This document shows positions 16,786-26,317 of a stretch of 64,000 nucleotides of DNA, in pieces. Position 1 is the stretch's first letter. The number at the start of each line of letters is the position of its first letter. Below the pieces are notes generated by a model. The model was not told the DNA's origin. It saw only the letters and a list, made by a program, of their open reading frames with translations, and did no database searches. Made by a program: the position numbers and the translations under genes. The stretch is from Spirochaetota bacterium (GTDB taxonomy: Bacteria > Spirochaetota > UBA4802 > UBA5550), in assembly GCA_016928865.1 (NCBI GenBank), contig JAFGJX010000067.1, positions 55,618 to 119,617 on the forward strand, in the 5' to 3' direction.

Positions 16786-17937
16786 TTAATATTCCCTTAT
16801 AACGCTGTTGGCTATCACAAGACGCTGTATTTCCGACGTCCCTTCATAGATTTCGGTGATACGGGCATCGCGATAGAAGCGTTCGGCCGGATAATCCTTG
16901 GTGTAGCCATAGCCGCCGAAGATCTGGATGGCCTTGTGGGTCACCCGGTGCGACATTTCGGAGGCGTACAGCTTGGCCATTGCCGCATATTTTGAATAGC
17001 GCTGGCGCTCGCCGGTGCCGATAAGGGTCGCGGCCTGGTACACGAGAAGGCGCGCGGCCTCGATCTCGGTGGCCATGTCCGCGATCATCCACTGGATGGC
17101 CTGAAAGTCAGAGATCGACTTGCCGAACTGCTTCCTGTCCTTGGCGTATACGACGGCGGCGTCCAGGGCTGCCTGTGCGATTCCAACCGCCTGAGCTGCT
17201 ATCCCGACCCGGCCGCCGTCAAGGGTGTGCATCGCGATCTTGAATCCTTCGCCCCGCTTGCCGACCATGTTGCCCTCGGGTATCTCACAGTTGTCGAAGA
17301 CCAGCTCGGTCGTTGACGAGGCGCATATGCCCAGTTTGTCCTCGGTCTTGCCGACGCTGAAGCCCGGCGTTCCCTTTTCAACGAGGAAAAAGCTCAGGCC
17401 CTTGTGGCCGATGCCCTTGTCGGTTACGGCGGTGACGACCGCGACCTGGGCCGGCCCGCCGTTGGTGATGAAGTTCTTTGTGCCATTGAGGACCCATTTG
17501 CCGTTTTTCAGCTCCGCCGTTGCCCTGGTTCCGGCAGCGTCTGAACCAGCCTCAGACTCGGTGATGCCGAAGCAGCCGATGTATTCGCCTGTGGTGAGCT
17601 TCGTGAGGTACTTTTGCTTGAGCTCCTCTGATGCGAAATAATAAATGGGCGAGAGGCAGAGTGAATTGTGCGCGGAGACGATGACGCCGGCTGAAGCGTC
17701 TCCCCTCGAGACTTCCTCCACTGCAATGGCGTAGCTCACATAGTCCATCCCGGCTCCGTTGTATTTCTCGGGGTAAACGACGCCCATGATCCCCATTTCG
17801 CCCAGTTTCTTGACGTGCTCCATCGGAAATTCGTGCGTGCGGTCGTAATGCTCCGCTTTTGGCTTCAATTCCTTTTCGGCAAATTGACGCAGCATATCCT
17901 TGAGCATCTGTTGTTCTTCGGTCAGTTTGAAATCCAT
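16786..17937 (-). CDS. Acyl-CoA dehydrogenase (short/butyryl-chain type)
   Basis: MDFKLTEEQQML..., GCFGITESEAGSD, QIFGGYGYTKDYPAERFYRDARITEIYEGTSEIQ. Start at ATG 17937. Confidence 0.92.
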   Translation of the reverse strand: MDFKLTEEQQMLKDMLRQFAEKELKPKAEHYDRTHEFPMEHVKKLGEMGIMGVVYPEKYNGAGMDYVSYAIAVEEVSRGDASAGVIVSAHNSLCLSPIYYFASEELKQKYLTKLTTGEYIGCFGITESEAGSDAAGTRATAELKNGKWVLNGTKNFITNGGPAQVAVVTAVTDKGIGHKGLSFFLVEKGTPGFSVGKTEDKLGICASSTTELVFDNCEIPEGNMVGKRGEGFKIAMHTLDGGRVGIAAQAVGIAQAALDAAVVYAKDRKQFGKSISDFQAIQWMIADMATEIEAARLLVYQAATLIGTGERQRYSKYAAMAKLYASEMSHRVTHKAIQIFGGYGYTKDYPAERFYRDARITEIYEGTSEIQRLVIANSVIREY

Positions 17938-18320
17938 TATGCACCTCTCATTCTGAAATTGTAATAGTTCGTGTCGTTTCCATGATGAACCTGCATCATG
18001 ATAGTCCGGGCGCAGCGTCCGCTGTAACGGCACGGTGATGGTTCAATGCATCAGGCAGTTACACCATTATAAATACATTTTACATTTTTTTACACACGCT
18101 TTTTTGTCAAGGCGAATAACTGGCGCGGGAACACATGTCTCGGTTTTTAACATATGGTGAATTTTAATGAACGGCCGTTAAAATTCTCTTGAAAATTATA
18201 ATGCGCCCGGCTCTAATCGCTTTATACTGACGGATGATGGGCCGGAGGCGGTATTTTTATGCTCCGCCACTGCGTCTTGCGGCAGATCGTCAGAGTGCAG
18301 AGAGGCAACGAAGAGGCGAG

Positions 18321-19394
18321 ATGAAAAGAATTGCGCTGTTTCTGATAATCGCGGTTGCCGGCCACGCCGGCTGTTCGTTCTGGAAATCGACCACGCTTGG
18401 CTCAAAGCGGTTTTCCTTTATCACCGAGGGAACGAAACAGGGTCAGGTATTGATCAGGACCGATGAATTCGGACTGGAGGACATTTCGATAGGGGTGAGT
18501 GTTCTCAATGGTATGATTTGCGTCGCTGACGATGAATTACGGCGCGTTCAGGTCATGAAGCCTAACGGCACCGTAAAGCTGATTATCGGGGCGGAAAAAA
18601 AGACAAAGAACAGCGATATCCCTGTTGAGAATTTCAATTTCGGCAGCATCGGTTTCATGGCGATGGACGATGATGAGAACCTGTTCATCCAGAATAAATT
18701 CTCCAGCATTCGTGACAGGGAGCGGGGGGGCGCGCGTGGTGGCAACAGCATAGACTTCGCGCCTTCATATATCGTGGTATTCAACAAGGACGGAGAGCTT
18801 CAATATACCCTCGGCCAGAAAGGCGCGACCGACACGCCGTTTTCTCACATTGAACGGATCTATGTCGATTCAAGCGGCAGACTCTTTGTCATTTCGCGGC
18901 TGGCAGACTCATGGAACATTTTCCGCTTCAAGGGCAAGGTCCGCGATCAGCAGATAAACCTGAATACGCTGGAATTCAGAGAGCGCGATGATCAAAATAT
19001 CTACGATGGGAAAATTGACAACATCAGGGTCTTTTCCGATGGCGAGCGGCTCCTGATATCGGTATCTTTCTACCAGGATCTCAGGCTGAAATATATCAAG
19101 ATATTTGAGTATTCAATACCGAACGGGAAGGTGGAGCGGACAATTATCAATATCCCTGACCCGAAGAATGTCCTGTTTGATATAATTGATGATGCCTATA
19201 TCTATCTCTGGAACGTGAGTGACGGTAAGGTCAGGTTCGAAGTGGCAAATCTCGACGGATCGGTGATTAACAACGTATATCTGGAGCTTGAGCGCAAGCG
19301 TGATTATTATTCAAAGATCATTCTTGACAACTCGGGTAAGATCTATTCATACCATATAATGAAGAGCGGGGTTGAAATTTTATCATGGGAGTAG
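18321..19394 (+). CDS. Hypothetical lipoprotein with propeller-like repeats
   Basis: Lipobox in MKRIALFLIIAVAGHAGC. Recurrent blade-like segments (ICVADDELRRVQV, MDDDENLFIQ, VDSSGRLFVI, LDNSGKIYSY). Confidence 0.6.
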   Translation: MKRIALFLIIAVAGHAGCSFWKSTTLGSKRFSFITEGTKQGQVLIRTDEFGLEDISIGVSVLNGMICVADDELRRVQVMKPNGTVKLIIGAEKKTKNSDIPVENFNFGSIGFMAMDDDENLFIQNKFSSIRDRERGGARGGNSIDFAPSYIVVFNKDGELQYTLGQKGATDTPFSHIERIYVDSSGRLFVISRLADSWNIFRFKGKVRDQQINLNTLEFRERDDQNIYDGKIDNIRVFSDGERLLISVSFYQDLRLKYIKIFEYSIPNGKVERTIINIPDPKNVLFDIIDDAYIYLWNVSDGKVRFEVANLDGSVINNVYLELERKRDYYSKIILDNSGKIYSYHIMKSGVEILSWE

Positions 19395-19397
19395 CGC

Positions 19398-20954
19398 ATG
19401 AAGGCAGTGACCGCCCGTGAGATGCAGGAGATCGATCGTATTGCCATCCAAGAACGGGGGATCCCCGCCCAGGTGCTCATGGGCCTTGCCGGAAAGGCGG
19501 TCGCCGACCGTATACTTGAAGGATGTCCGTGGATAGGAAGCGCTGCGGTTTTCGCCGGAGCCGGCAATAACGGCGGAGACGGCTTTGTCGCGGCCTATTT
19601 CCTCGCAAACGGCGGAGTCCTCACCGAGGTATATCTGGCAGCTCCCGAAAAAAAAATCACGGAAACCGCGAGGATCTACCACACCCTCTGCAGAAACTCG
19701 GGGATCAGGATAATTCCCGTCAACGGGCCCGGCGATCTGGCCGGCGTGAACCTTGACTCATATGATTGCATAGTCGATGCGCTTCTGGGTACCGGATCAT
19801 CCGGGCTGGCGCGCGGCGCAATCGCGGATGCGATACGCGCGATCAACGATTCTGATGCGTACGTGGTTTCCGTGGACATCCCGAGCGGCCTGGGGTCGGA
19901 CGGCGCCGCTCCGGCGGGTGAGGCGGTAGTTGCAGACATGACCGTGACCATCGGTCTGCCGAAGCTATCCCTCGTGATACATCCCGGAAGGGACTACGCC
20001 GGTGATCTGCATGTGGCGGATATCGGGTTTCCCCGTTCGCTCACGGAGTCGGACGCGATCTCGAGCGAGCTGATTGACGAAGATTTTATTGCCAGGCATT
20101 CAATAAGGGAAATCGAGGCGGACTACAGCGAGCGCCCGGATGGCCACAAGGGAGAGCGGGGGCACCTTCTCGTCATCGGCGGATTTGACGGCATGGAAGG
20201 CGCCGCACTGCTTGCAGCTTCAGCGGCGTTTGAAACGGGCGTTGGCCTCGCCACATGCGTGACCACCGCCAGCGCCCGGACAATCATGGCCGGCAGGTTG
20301 CCTGAATTGATGACCTGTGCGCTGCCGGGCGAGGATGGGGATGAGCCCATTGCCGAAGCCATTGATGCGCTGCTTGATACCGGCCGGTATCAAGCAATCC
20401 TAGTCGGCCCGGGGATGGGCCGCACGAAACTGGCCCGTCGCGTTTTTGAAGCGGCGCTCTCTTCGGCTGGCAGACATGGCATCGGGCGCGTACTGATCGA
20501 CGGTGACGGGCTTTTTCATCTGGCCGGAGCGCTGAAAGAGGGGGCGTCCGAATGCAGAGCAGGGATGATCGTAACCCCTCATTTCATGGAGGCCTCGCGA
20601 ATCATGGGGATTTCTGTCGATGAGATCAGGCAGAACCGCCACGAGGCGGCGGGTAGCCTCGCGAGGCGCCTGGGCTGCACGGCGGTGCTGAAAGGGCCCG
20701 CCTCCATCATAACTGACGGTTCGCGCTACTGCATCAACACCACCGGCAGTGCCGCCCTGGCGGCTGCGGGCTCCGGGGACGTGCTCTCCGGCATGGCGGG
20801 GGCGCTACTGCTGCGGCGGTTCAGCCCGCTTATCGCGGCATCATATGGCGTATACCTGCACGGTCGTGCCGCGGACCTATGCTGTTCGGAGCGAGAAACA
20901 AACCTCCTGAAGTCTACCGATCTTCTCCCGTACATCCGCCGCGCGATGCGTTGA
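19398..20954 (+). CDS. nnr: Bifunctional NAD(P)H-hydrate repair enzyme (epimerase / ADP-dependent dehydratase)
   Basis: YjeF_N motif GAGNNGGDGFV plus the C-terminal kinase-like domain (HKGERGHLLVIGG, GSGDVLSG). Confidence 0.9.
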   Translation: MKAVTAREMQEIDRIAIQERGIPAQVLMGLAGKAVADRILEGCPWIGSAAVFAGAGNNGGDGFVAAYFLANGGVLTEVYLAAPEKKITETARIYHTLCRNSGIRIIPVNGPGDLAGVNLDSYDCIVDALLGTGSSGLARGAIADAIRAINDSDAYVVSVDIPSGLGSDGAAPAGEAVVADMTVTIGLPKLSLVIHPGRDYAGDLHVADIGFPRSLTESDAISSELIDEDFIARHSIREIEADYSERPDGHKGERGHLLVIGGFDGMEGAALLAASAAFETGVGLATCVTTASARTIMAGRLPELMTCALPGEDGDEPIAEAIDALLDTGRYQAILVGPGMGRTKLARRVFEAALSSAGRHGIGRVLIDGDGLFHLAGALKEGASECRAGMIVTPHFMEASRIMGISVDEIRQNRHEAAGSLARRLGCTAVLKGPASIITDGSRYCINTTGSAALAAAGSGDVLSGMAGALLLRRFSPLIAASYGVYLHGRAADLCCSERETNLLKSTDLLPYIRRAMR

Positions 20955-21063
20955 GGCTCGCGCTGACGTTTATCCTGTGTAAAAAAGAGGTGGACATGGG
21001 AATTCACTGGTGTATCGGTTGTAAGATTTTGTAATTTTGTAATAGTGGTACAGAGAGTGAGCG

Positions 21064-21459
21064 ATGGAAGGACAGGAAAAAATATTCAAACCGCCCTGCA
21101 CTGAATGCGGCGGAAGCTGCTGCCGCTATGTGGCGATAGAAATCGACAGGCCGACTTCGAAAACCGATTACGACCATATCCGCTGGTGGCTGCTCCACCG
21201 CGACGTGAACGTATTCATTGATCATGATAAGAAATGGCATGTCGAATTCAGGGGCGTGTGCGAGAACCTGGGACCGGACAATCAGTGCATGAACTATAAC
21301 CGGCGTCCGGAAATATGCCGAACTCACGGCAATAACGAAGAGGAGTGCGAATATTTTGATTCTCCCTATCTCTATTATTTCTCGAATATTCGTGAATTCG
21401 AGCGCTATCTCGACAAGAAGAAGATAAACTGGCGATTCAAACAACATACAGGGAAATAG
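21064..21459 (+). CDS. YkgJ-family Cys-cluster (putative Fe/Zn-binding) protein
   Basis: CTECGGSCC near the N-terminus and further Cys in C...NQCMNYNRRPEIC. Confidence 0.65.
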   Translation: MEGQEKIFKPPCTECGGSCCRYVAIEIDRPTSKTDYDHIRWWLLHRDVNVFIDHDKKWHVEFRGVCENLGPDNQCMNYNRRPEICRTHGNNEEECEYFDSPYLYYFSNIREFERYLDKKKINWRFKQHTGK

Positions 21460-21658
21460 CCTTGCGCAGGTCGGCTCCGGGTCGCGCATGAGCGATCATC
21501 CCGGTCGATACCCTCCTGTTTTTTTGCTTGCAATTTTGATTGCACCGTGATTATGATTACTCATGCTAGTCCGGCAGGGAAGAACGCGGCAGGCCGGAGT
21601 GGCAATTCGCTTCGGTGTCCGTCGGCACGACACCTCATCTGACCTTTTGGAGGATCAT

Positions 21659-23005
21659 ATGGCGCGATTGACACTGTCGCTTCTGACTATCATCTTTATA
21701 TCACTTCTCTGGATGCCGTCTTACGCAGACCCGTTCTCTCCCGACGGCGATTATCGCACCCCGATTGAAAAGCACGAGGACTACCAGCATGTTCTCGCAC
21801 TGGGCGTTGATAATCCCTTCAGCGACGGCACGAACGAGTGGTCGCCGCTCTTTGCATATTACTGGTTCGGCGACAATTTCGACAATCCGGATCTGTACGC
21901 TCACATCAATATCACCACCACGCGAATGCTGGCCATCTTCGGGGTCAAGACGGACAGGATATATGCCGGCGTGAAGCCGGTATTCGAGCATTCGACCTAT
22001 TCGGCGTGGCGTTCATACAATCGCGGATACGACGATGTCCGTCGCGGCATCGCCGGGAACAATATTGGCCCGGGCGCTTTCTTTCAGTATAATATCCTCC
22101 GCATCCTGTCGGCAAAGGCTTTTTTTCATGCGTCGTATCATTTCTACCACATCCCGATTCTTACAGAAAACCTGCACAAGTATGTGAACGTGCCGAAGCG
22201 ACACTGGCAGCTGAAGCCCGGAATTGAGCTTCTCCTTTCCGATCTGGAGGAGAAGGACCTGAACCGCGTGCGGCATGGCTACCTGTTCCGCGTGGAATAC
22301 AATTACGCGCGGAGGATCGGATACGGAACCTGGTACGATTATGACCGCGTCTTTTTCCGCGAAAAATACAATAACATCTGGGCGCCGCCGACGACCTCGC
22401 ACCGGACCGAAGGAGTATGGTATCGCTCGCGGGTCAGGGACACGCACCGCCTCTACTTCAACGCGGGCCTCTATTATAACTTCAAGGGAGACTACAACCT
22501 GCAATTCGATTTTTACGGTGGCTATTTCAAAAACGTCGACCGGATGAATGCCGAGCACATCGGGTACTATCAGCAGGATCATGCGGTCATGCCGGGTTAT
22601 TTCGATACGGAATTTTACCATCATCTGTACCTGATCGGAAGGATACAATTCGGCATCCCGATACCGTTCTGGAGCATGAGGCTCCAACCCGGCTTTAACC
22701 TGCTCTATATGCCGAAGAAGAACGAGGTCATCGGCCTGCGCGAGGGCGTTTTCTATTTTGGCACGGGCGCGATTGCCGGATACCAGCGTCTGGGGTATCG
22801 GGGCTATCCGCGAACGATCTACACCAGCGTATCGTGCGGTTTTTCGTTCCTCGTCGGGAACCTGCTTCCCCTGTTTATCGACTATGCCTATGGCATTGAC
22901 GCGCTTCGCACCGGATCTTCGCACAATGTGTACCTGAACCGGACGACCCGCGGCAGCCATGAGCTGTCGGTGCTCGTCGTGGCCGCATTCGGTAAAAACG
23001 AGTAG
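21659..23005 (+). CDS. Hypothetical secreted aromatic-rich protein (possible outer-membrane beta-barrel)
   Basis: ATG 21659 with GGAGG upstream. Signal peptide MARLTLSLLTIIFISLLWMPSYA. Alternating Tyr/Gly-rich segments (GLYYNFKGDYNLQFDFYGGYF). Confidence 0.5.
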   Translation: MARLTLSLLTIIFISLLWMPSYADPFSPDGDYRTPIEKHEDYQHVLALGVDNPFSDGTNEWSPLFAYYWFGDNFDNPDLYAHINITTTRMLAIFGVKTDRIYAGVKPVFEHSTYSAWRSYNRGYDDVRRGIAGNNIGPGAFFQYNILRILSAKAFFHASYHFYHIPILTENLHKYVNVPKRHWQLKPGIELLLSDLEEKDLNRVRHGYLFRVEYNYARRIGYGTWYDYDRVFFREKYNNIWAPPTTSHRTEGVWYRSRVRDTHRLYFNAGLYYNFKGDYNLQFDFYGGYFKNVDRMNAEHIGYYQQDHAVMPGYFDTEFYHHLYLIGRIQFGIPIPFWSMRLQPGFNLLYMPKKNEVIGLREGVFYFGTGAIAGYQRLGYRGYPRTIYTSVSCGFSFLVGNLLPLFIDYAYGIDALRTGSSHNVYLNRTTRGSHELSVLVVAAFGKNE

Positions 23006-23046
23006 GGTAGCGATACGGCCTGTTTTCGGCTATAATTGTAAAGATT

Positions 23047-24177
23047 ATGGCTGGAAATACCGATTTCTTTAACATGAAGAAGTATATTTTTATCGCCACG
23101 ATAATATCCCTGTGCGCGGCGCTCTCTTTTCTGTTCTACGGGGCAATTTTTGCGTCTGCGGTGCCCGAAGATCCCGTTAAACTTGAGGATGCAATCATCA
23201 TACACGGCATCGAGATGGATTCCGATGAGCCGCAGTCTGACGCCGAGGAGCAGGACGAGGAGATTGTCGATGATGGGATGGCAGGTAAGATTATCTATAA
23301 TGACGAGTTTGACGACGCGGTGATTGATTACGAAAAGATACGGCAGGGCCCAGACAGCGGGTCAGTGTCCGGTTTCGATCAGGGGGCATTTGATAAACTC
23401 AGAAAGAAAGACCGCCGGTGGTACCTCAGCCGGTACATGATAAAGAAGAACGACAACCTCTGGAAAATTGCCAGGCGTTTCGGCGTGCATCCACACCTGC
23501 TGATAAGCGTTAATGAAATCAAGAATCCTGACATGCTCAGACCGGGCCGCACAATACAGGTGCCGTCGAAAAAGGGCATTTACTACACGGTCAGGAAAGG
23601 CGACAGCGTTTCTGAGATCGCGTCACGATACAGCGTAAGCGGCGGAACGGTCATCAACCATAACGGGATCGTCGGGGGGCTGATACGGCCGGGACAGAAG
23701 ATCTTTCTCCCGGGCGCGCGCGAGGCCGAGGCCAGGCGTGATATCGCGGCGAAACAGAAAAAGCCGAAAGCGGGCTCAATCGCAGGCATTGGAAAATTTA
23801 TCTGGCCCCTGCGCGGAAGGATCACTTCGGGATTCGGCACGCGGAAGGACCCGCTGGACGGCAGAAGAAAATTCCATTGCGGCATCGATATCAGCGCCAA
23901 CGTCGGTACAAGAGTGCGGGCCTCAAAGGACGGCAGGGTGATTTTTAGCGGATGGAAAAGCGGATACGGAAATGTCGTCATTATGCGTCATGACGGAGGA
24001 TACATAACCGTGTACGCGCACAATAGCAAAAACCTGATTAAACCTGAAAGCCATGTAAAGCGCGGCGATACGATTGCCCTGTCTGGCATGACAGGTGCGG
24101 TCACCGGGGCACACCTGCACTTTGAAATACGTAAATATGTCAATCCCCTGAATCCGCTGAGGTTGTTATCGAGATGA
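23047..24177 (+). CDS. LysM-domain M23 metallopeptidase (NlpD/EnvC-like)
   Basis: Two LysM repeats (YMIKKNDNLWKIARRFGV..., YTVRKGDSVSEIASRYSV...) and M23 motifs HCGIDI...HLHFEIR. An alternative start is ATG 23074. Confidence 0.85.
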   Translation: MAGNTDFFNMKKYIFIATIISLCAALSFLFYGAIFASAVPEDPVKLEDAIIIHGIEMDSDEPQSDAEEQDEEIVDDGMAGKIIYNDEFDDAVIDYEKIRQGPDSGSVSGFDQGAFDKLRKKDRRWYLSRYMIKKNDNLWKIARRFGVHPHLLISVNEIKNPDMLRPGRTIQVPSKKGIYYTVRKGDSVSEIASRYSVSGGTVINHNGIVGGLIRPGQKIFLPGAREAEARRDIAAKQKKPKAGSIAGIGKFIWPLRGRITSGFGTRKDPLDGRRKFHCGIDISANVGTRVRASKDGRVIFSGWKSGYGNVVIMRHDGGYITVYAHNSKNLIKPESHVKRGDTIALSGMTGAVTGAHLHFEIRKYVNPLNPLRLLSR

Positions 24178-25232
24178 AACGGAAATACGCAGCACTCATA
24201 CTGCTCTGCCTGATATGCGCGCAGGCCCGCGGAAACATGATCATGGAGAAGAGCGAGCGCACAATGAAGGTCTTTTATACCATGAATGACCGCGAAGGCT
24301 GGTATGCCGTTTTAACGGGAAAGATCATATCGTACTCCTCAAAGGATGAGTACGATGCGGCCGATCTGTTCGCGAGCGCGCAGGATAAGAGCAAGGCCAC
24401 GGTGCGTCTCTACAGCGCGGAAGGGATTCACGAGGGGGATGTCCTGTACGTGATCAATGATAAAAACCTGATAGTGGCAAAGATGAAGGTCCGCACGGTC
24501 TTCAAAAGCCCTTCATTCGGCGACATGCTTGTCGGATATGGCAATTTCAGGCTCAGCTCAATCGGCGATCGGGTCATCCGGAAGGCCGAGGAGGAGGATT
24601 CCAGATATTCCTATATATTTAAGGCGCGCGGCGATTTTTATGAAAACACGGGACGCCGGGGTGAGGCGATCAAGGAATATAAGACAGCGTTGAAGATGGA
24701 TAAAAAGAACCCGTCCGCACACCTCGCGCTGGGCCTTGTCTACATGGAGCAGGGCCTTGACCAGTTCGCGCTCCGCGAGCTCAAGGAAGGATATCGTGCC
24801 ATTAATTATCTCTATGACAACGAGGACAGATTCCTGCTCCTCAGGAGCCTTGCCGAGATACGGTTCAGGGAGGTGTATGAATCGTTTGTGCCGGAGAAGC
24901 TGAAGGAAAGCTACCGCCGCGAGGGGATCACCTTCTGCAAGGAGGCGCTGCGCGTCTATCCGAAATCGGAGCGGATGAATTATTATCTCGGTGTCTTTCA
25001 TTATCGTGCGCCCGAGCCGGACGATAAAATCGCACGTGACTATTTCCTGAAAGTGCTGGATATCAATCCTCGGCATTCAGGCGCATCTGTCGCGCTGGCT
25101 GAATTATATTACCGTCATGACAATATGAAAAAAGCGCGCGGTTATGCAGAAAAGGCTATCGATGCCGATCGCACAAACAGGCGGGCCCGCGATATCCTGA
25201 AATACATTGAGTCTAAAAAACAGCTGGATTGA
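24174..25232 (+). CDS. TPR-repeat protein with signal peptide
   Basis: MKRKYAALILLCLICAQA. TPR units (GEAIKEYKTALKMDKKNPSAHLALGLVYMEQG). Its start overlaps the M23 stop by 4 nt. Confidence 0.75.
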   Translation: MKRKYAALILLCLICAQARGNMIMEKSERTMKVFYTMNDREGWYAVLTGKIISYSSKDEYDAADLFASAQDKSKATVRLYSAEGIHEGDVLYVINDKNLIVAKMKVRTVFKSPSFGDMLVGYGNFRLSSIGDRVIRKAEEEDSRYSYIFKARGDFYENTGRRGEAIKEYKTALKMDKKNPSAHLALGLVYMEQGLDQFALRELKEGYRAINYLYDNEDRFLLLRSLAEIRFREVYESFVPEKLKESYRREGITFCKEALRVYPKSERMNYYLGVFHYRAPEPDDKIARDYFLKVLDINPRHSGASVALAELYYRHDNMKKARGYAEKAIDADRTNRRARDILKYIESKKQLD

Positions 25233-25332
25233 ATACAACGCGGCAGGCGGCTTCCGGCCACTTGGTAACCGTCGTAACGAGCACGGTTCCTGATTTCTGT
25301 TCATCACCACATGTCTGAGCGGTTTAATCTTC

Positions 25333-25362
25333 TTGACATTTCCGGGCACTGATTTTTAAAAT
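25333..25362 (+). promoter_or_regulatory. Candidate sigma70 promoter
   Basis: TTGACA (25333-25338), an 18-nt spacer, then TAAAAT (25357-25362), just upstream of the membrane-protein ORF. Confidence 0.5.
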
Positions 25363-25384
25363 AGTGCCGGGGTATCTTTTTTCT

Positions 25385-25843
25385 ATGATAATTTACACGC
25401 TATTTTTTTGCCTCCTGACATCATTTACTCTCCATGCCGTCATCATTGCCCTGTATGTGAAGAACAAGGACACGATATATTTTTTCTGGTTTATCGCGAC
25501 AGTGGTTCTCAACATGGGCATTGCCCTCGCGCTTATTACGATTTCACTGTCACGCCCGGACCTCGTGCGCCAGCTGAACCTGAAATTTTTCTTCTGGCTC
25601 CTGTCCGGTTTCGTTACGATACTTCTGCTCTGTGTAAAGATTGTCATATTCAGAAACATATTCAGGCGGAGCAAGGATCCCAGGTGGTATCATTTTAACC
25701 ATTTCGGCAAGAAGGTTTTCGAAAAGGGGATCGTCAAGCAGGTCGAATTCATCGGCATATTCGGTACGCTCCCTTTTTTTCTTTTCATCGGCGCTTATTT
25801 CATGTCGCGCCTGCTTAACATGCTTCTGTATGGTCACATGTGA
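25385..25843 (+). CDS. Hypothetical polytopic membrane protein
   Basis: Four to five hydrophobic helices. ATG 25385 is preferred because GTG 25364 would sit on the predicted transcription start. Confidence 0.5.
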   Translation: MIIYTLFFCLLTSFTLHAVIIALYVKNKDTIYFFWFIATVVLNMGIALALITISLSRPDLVRQLNLKFFFWLLSGFVTILLLCVKIVIFRNIFRRSKDPRWYHFNHFGKKVFEKGIVKQVEFIGIFGTLPFFLFIGAYFMSRLLNMLLYGHM

Positions 25844-25902
25844 CCGGTGCATCGCGCCGCGGCCGCACGGGCGCTAATATCCTTTCGACAGGGAGCTCAC
25901 GC

Positions 25903-26316
25903 ATGAAAGTACGGATTGATGATATCGTAGTCAAACACAGGATCCGCGGAGAGATCGGCGATATCTCGGACCTCATGGAATCAATCAGCAAGTATGGCCT
26001 GCTGAATCCCGTTTCAATTACCGAATCAAAGGAGTTGCTCGCCGGCTACCGCCGGCTCGAGGCCTGCCGGGCGCTAGGAATGGACGAGATAGAATGCCGT
26101 ATCATTCCGGTACAGAGCGATATCGACAGGCTGCTCGTTGAAGCGGATGAGAACCTGACCAGGAAGGACCTGACCGTGACGGAGATAGGCAGGTTTGAGA
26201 GTCAGAAGCGCTATCTCCAGGCGCGCGGATTTGAAAAGGTGAGGCTCTGGATAATACGGGTCTTCAGAATGCTCGTAGAATGGATACGGAAGCATATTGC
26301 AGGCCGACAGGACTGA
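25903..26316 (+). CDS. Stand-alone ParB/Srx-like N-terminal (nuclease-fold) domain protein
   Basis: LLNPVSITESKELLAGYRRLEACRALGMDEIECRII resembles the ParB N-terminal domain core. ATG 25903 with GGGAG upstream. Confidence 0.6.
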   Translation: MKVRIDDIVVKHRIRGEIGDISDLMESISKYGLLNPVSITESKELLAGYRRLEACRALGMDEIECRIIPVQSDIDRLLVEADENLTRKDLTVTEIGRFESQKRYLQARGFEKVRLWIIRVFRMLVEWIRKHIAGRQD

Positions 26317-26317
26317 T

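Noticed and set aside
21028-21048. Short direct repeat ATTTTGTA-ATTTTGTA upstream of the ykgJ-like gene
   Set aside because: There are only two copies of an 8-mer in an AT-rich spacer, with no further structure.
22013-22960. 315-aa minus-strand ORF opposite the aromatic-rich secreted protein gene
   Set aside because: The plus-strand frame has an RBS, a signal peptide and a coherent composition. The antisense frame looks like a shadow ORF.
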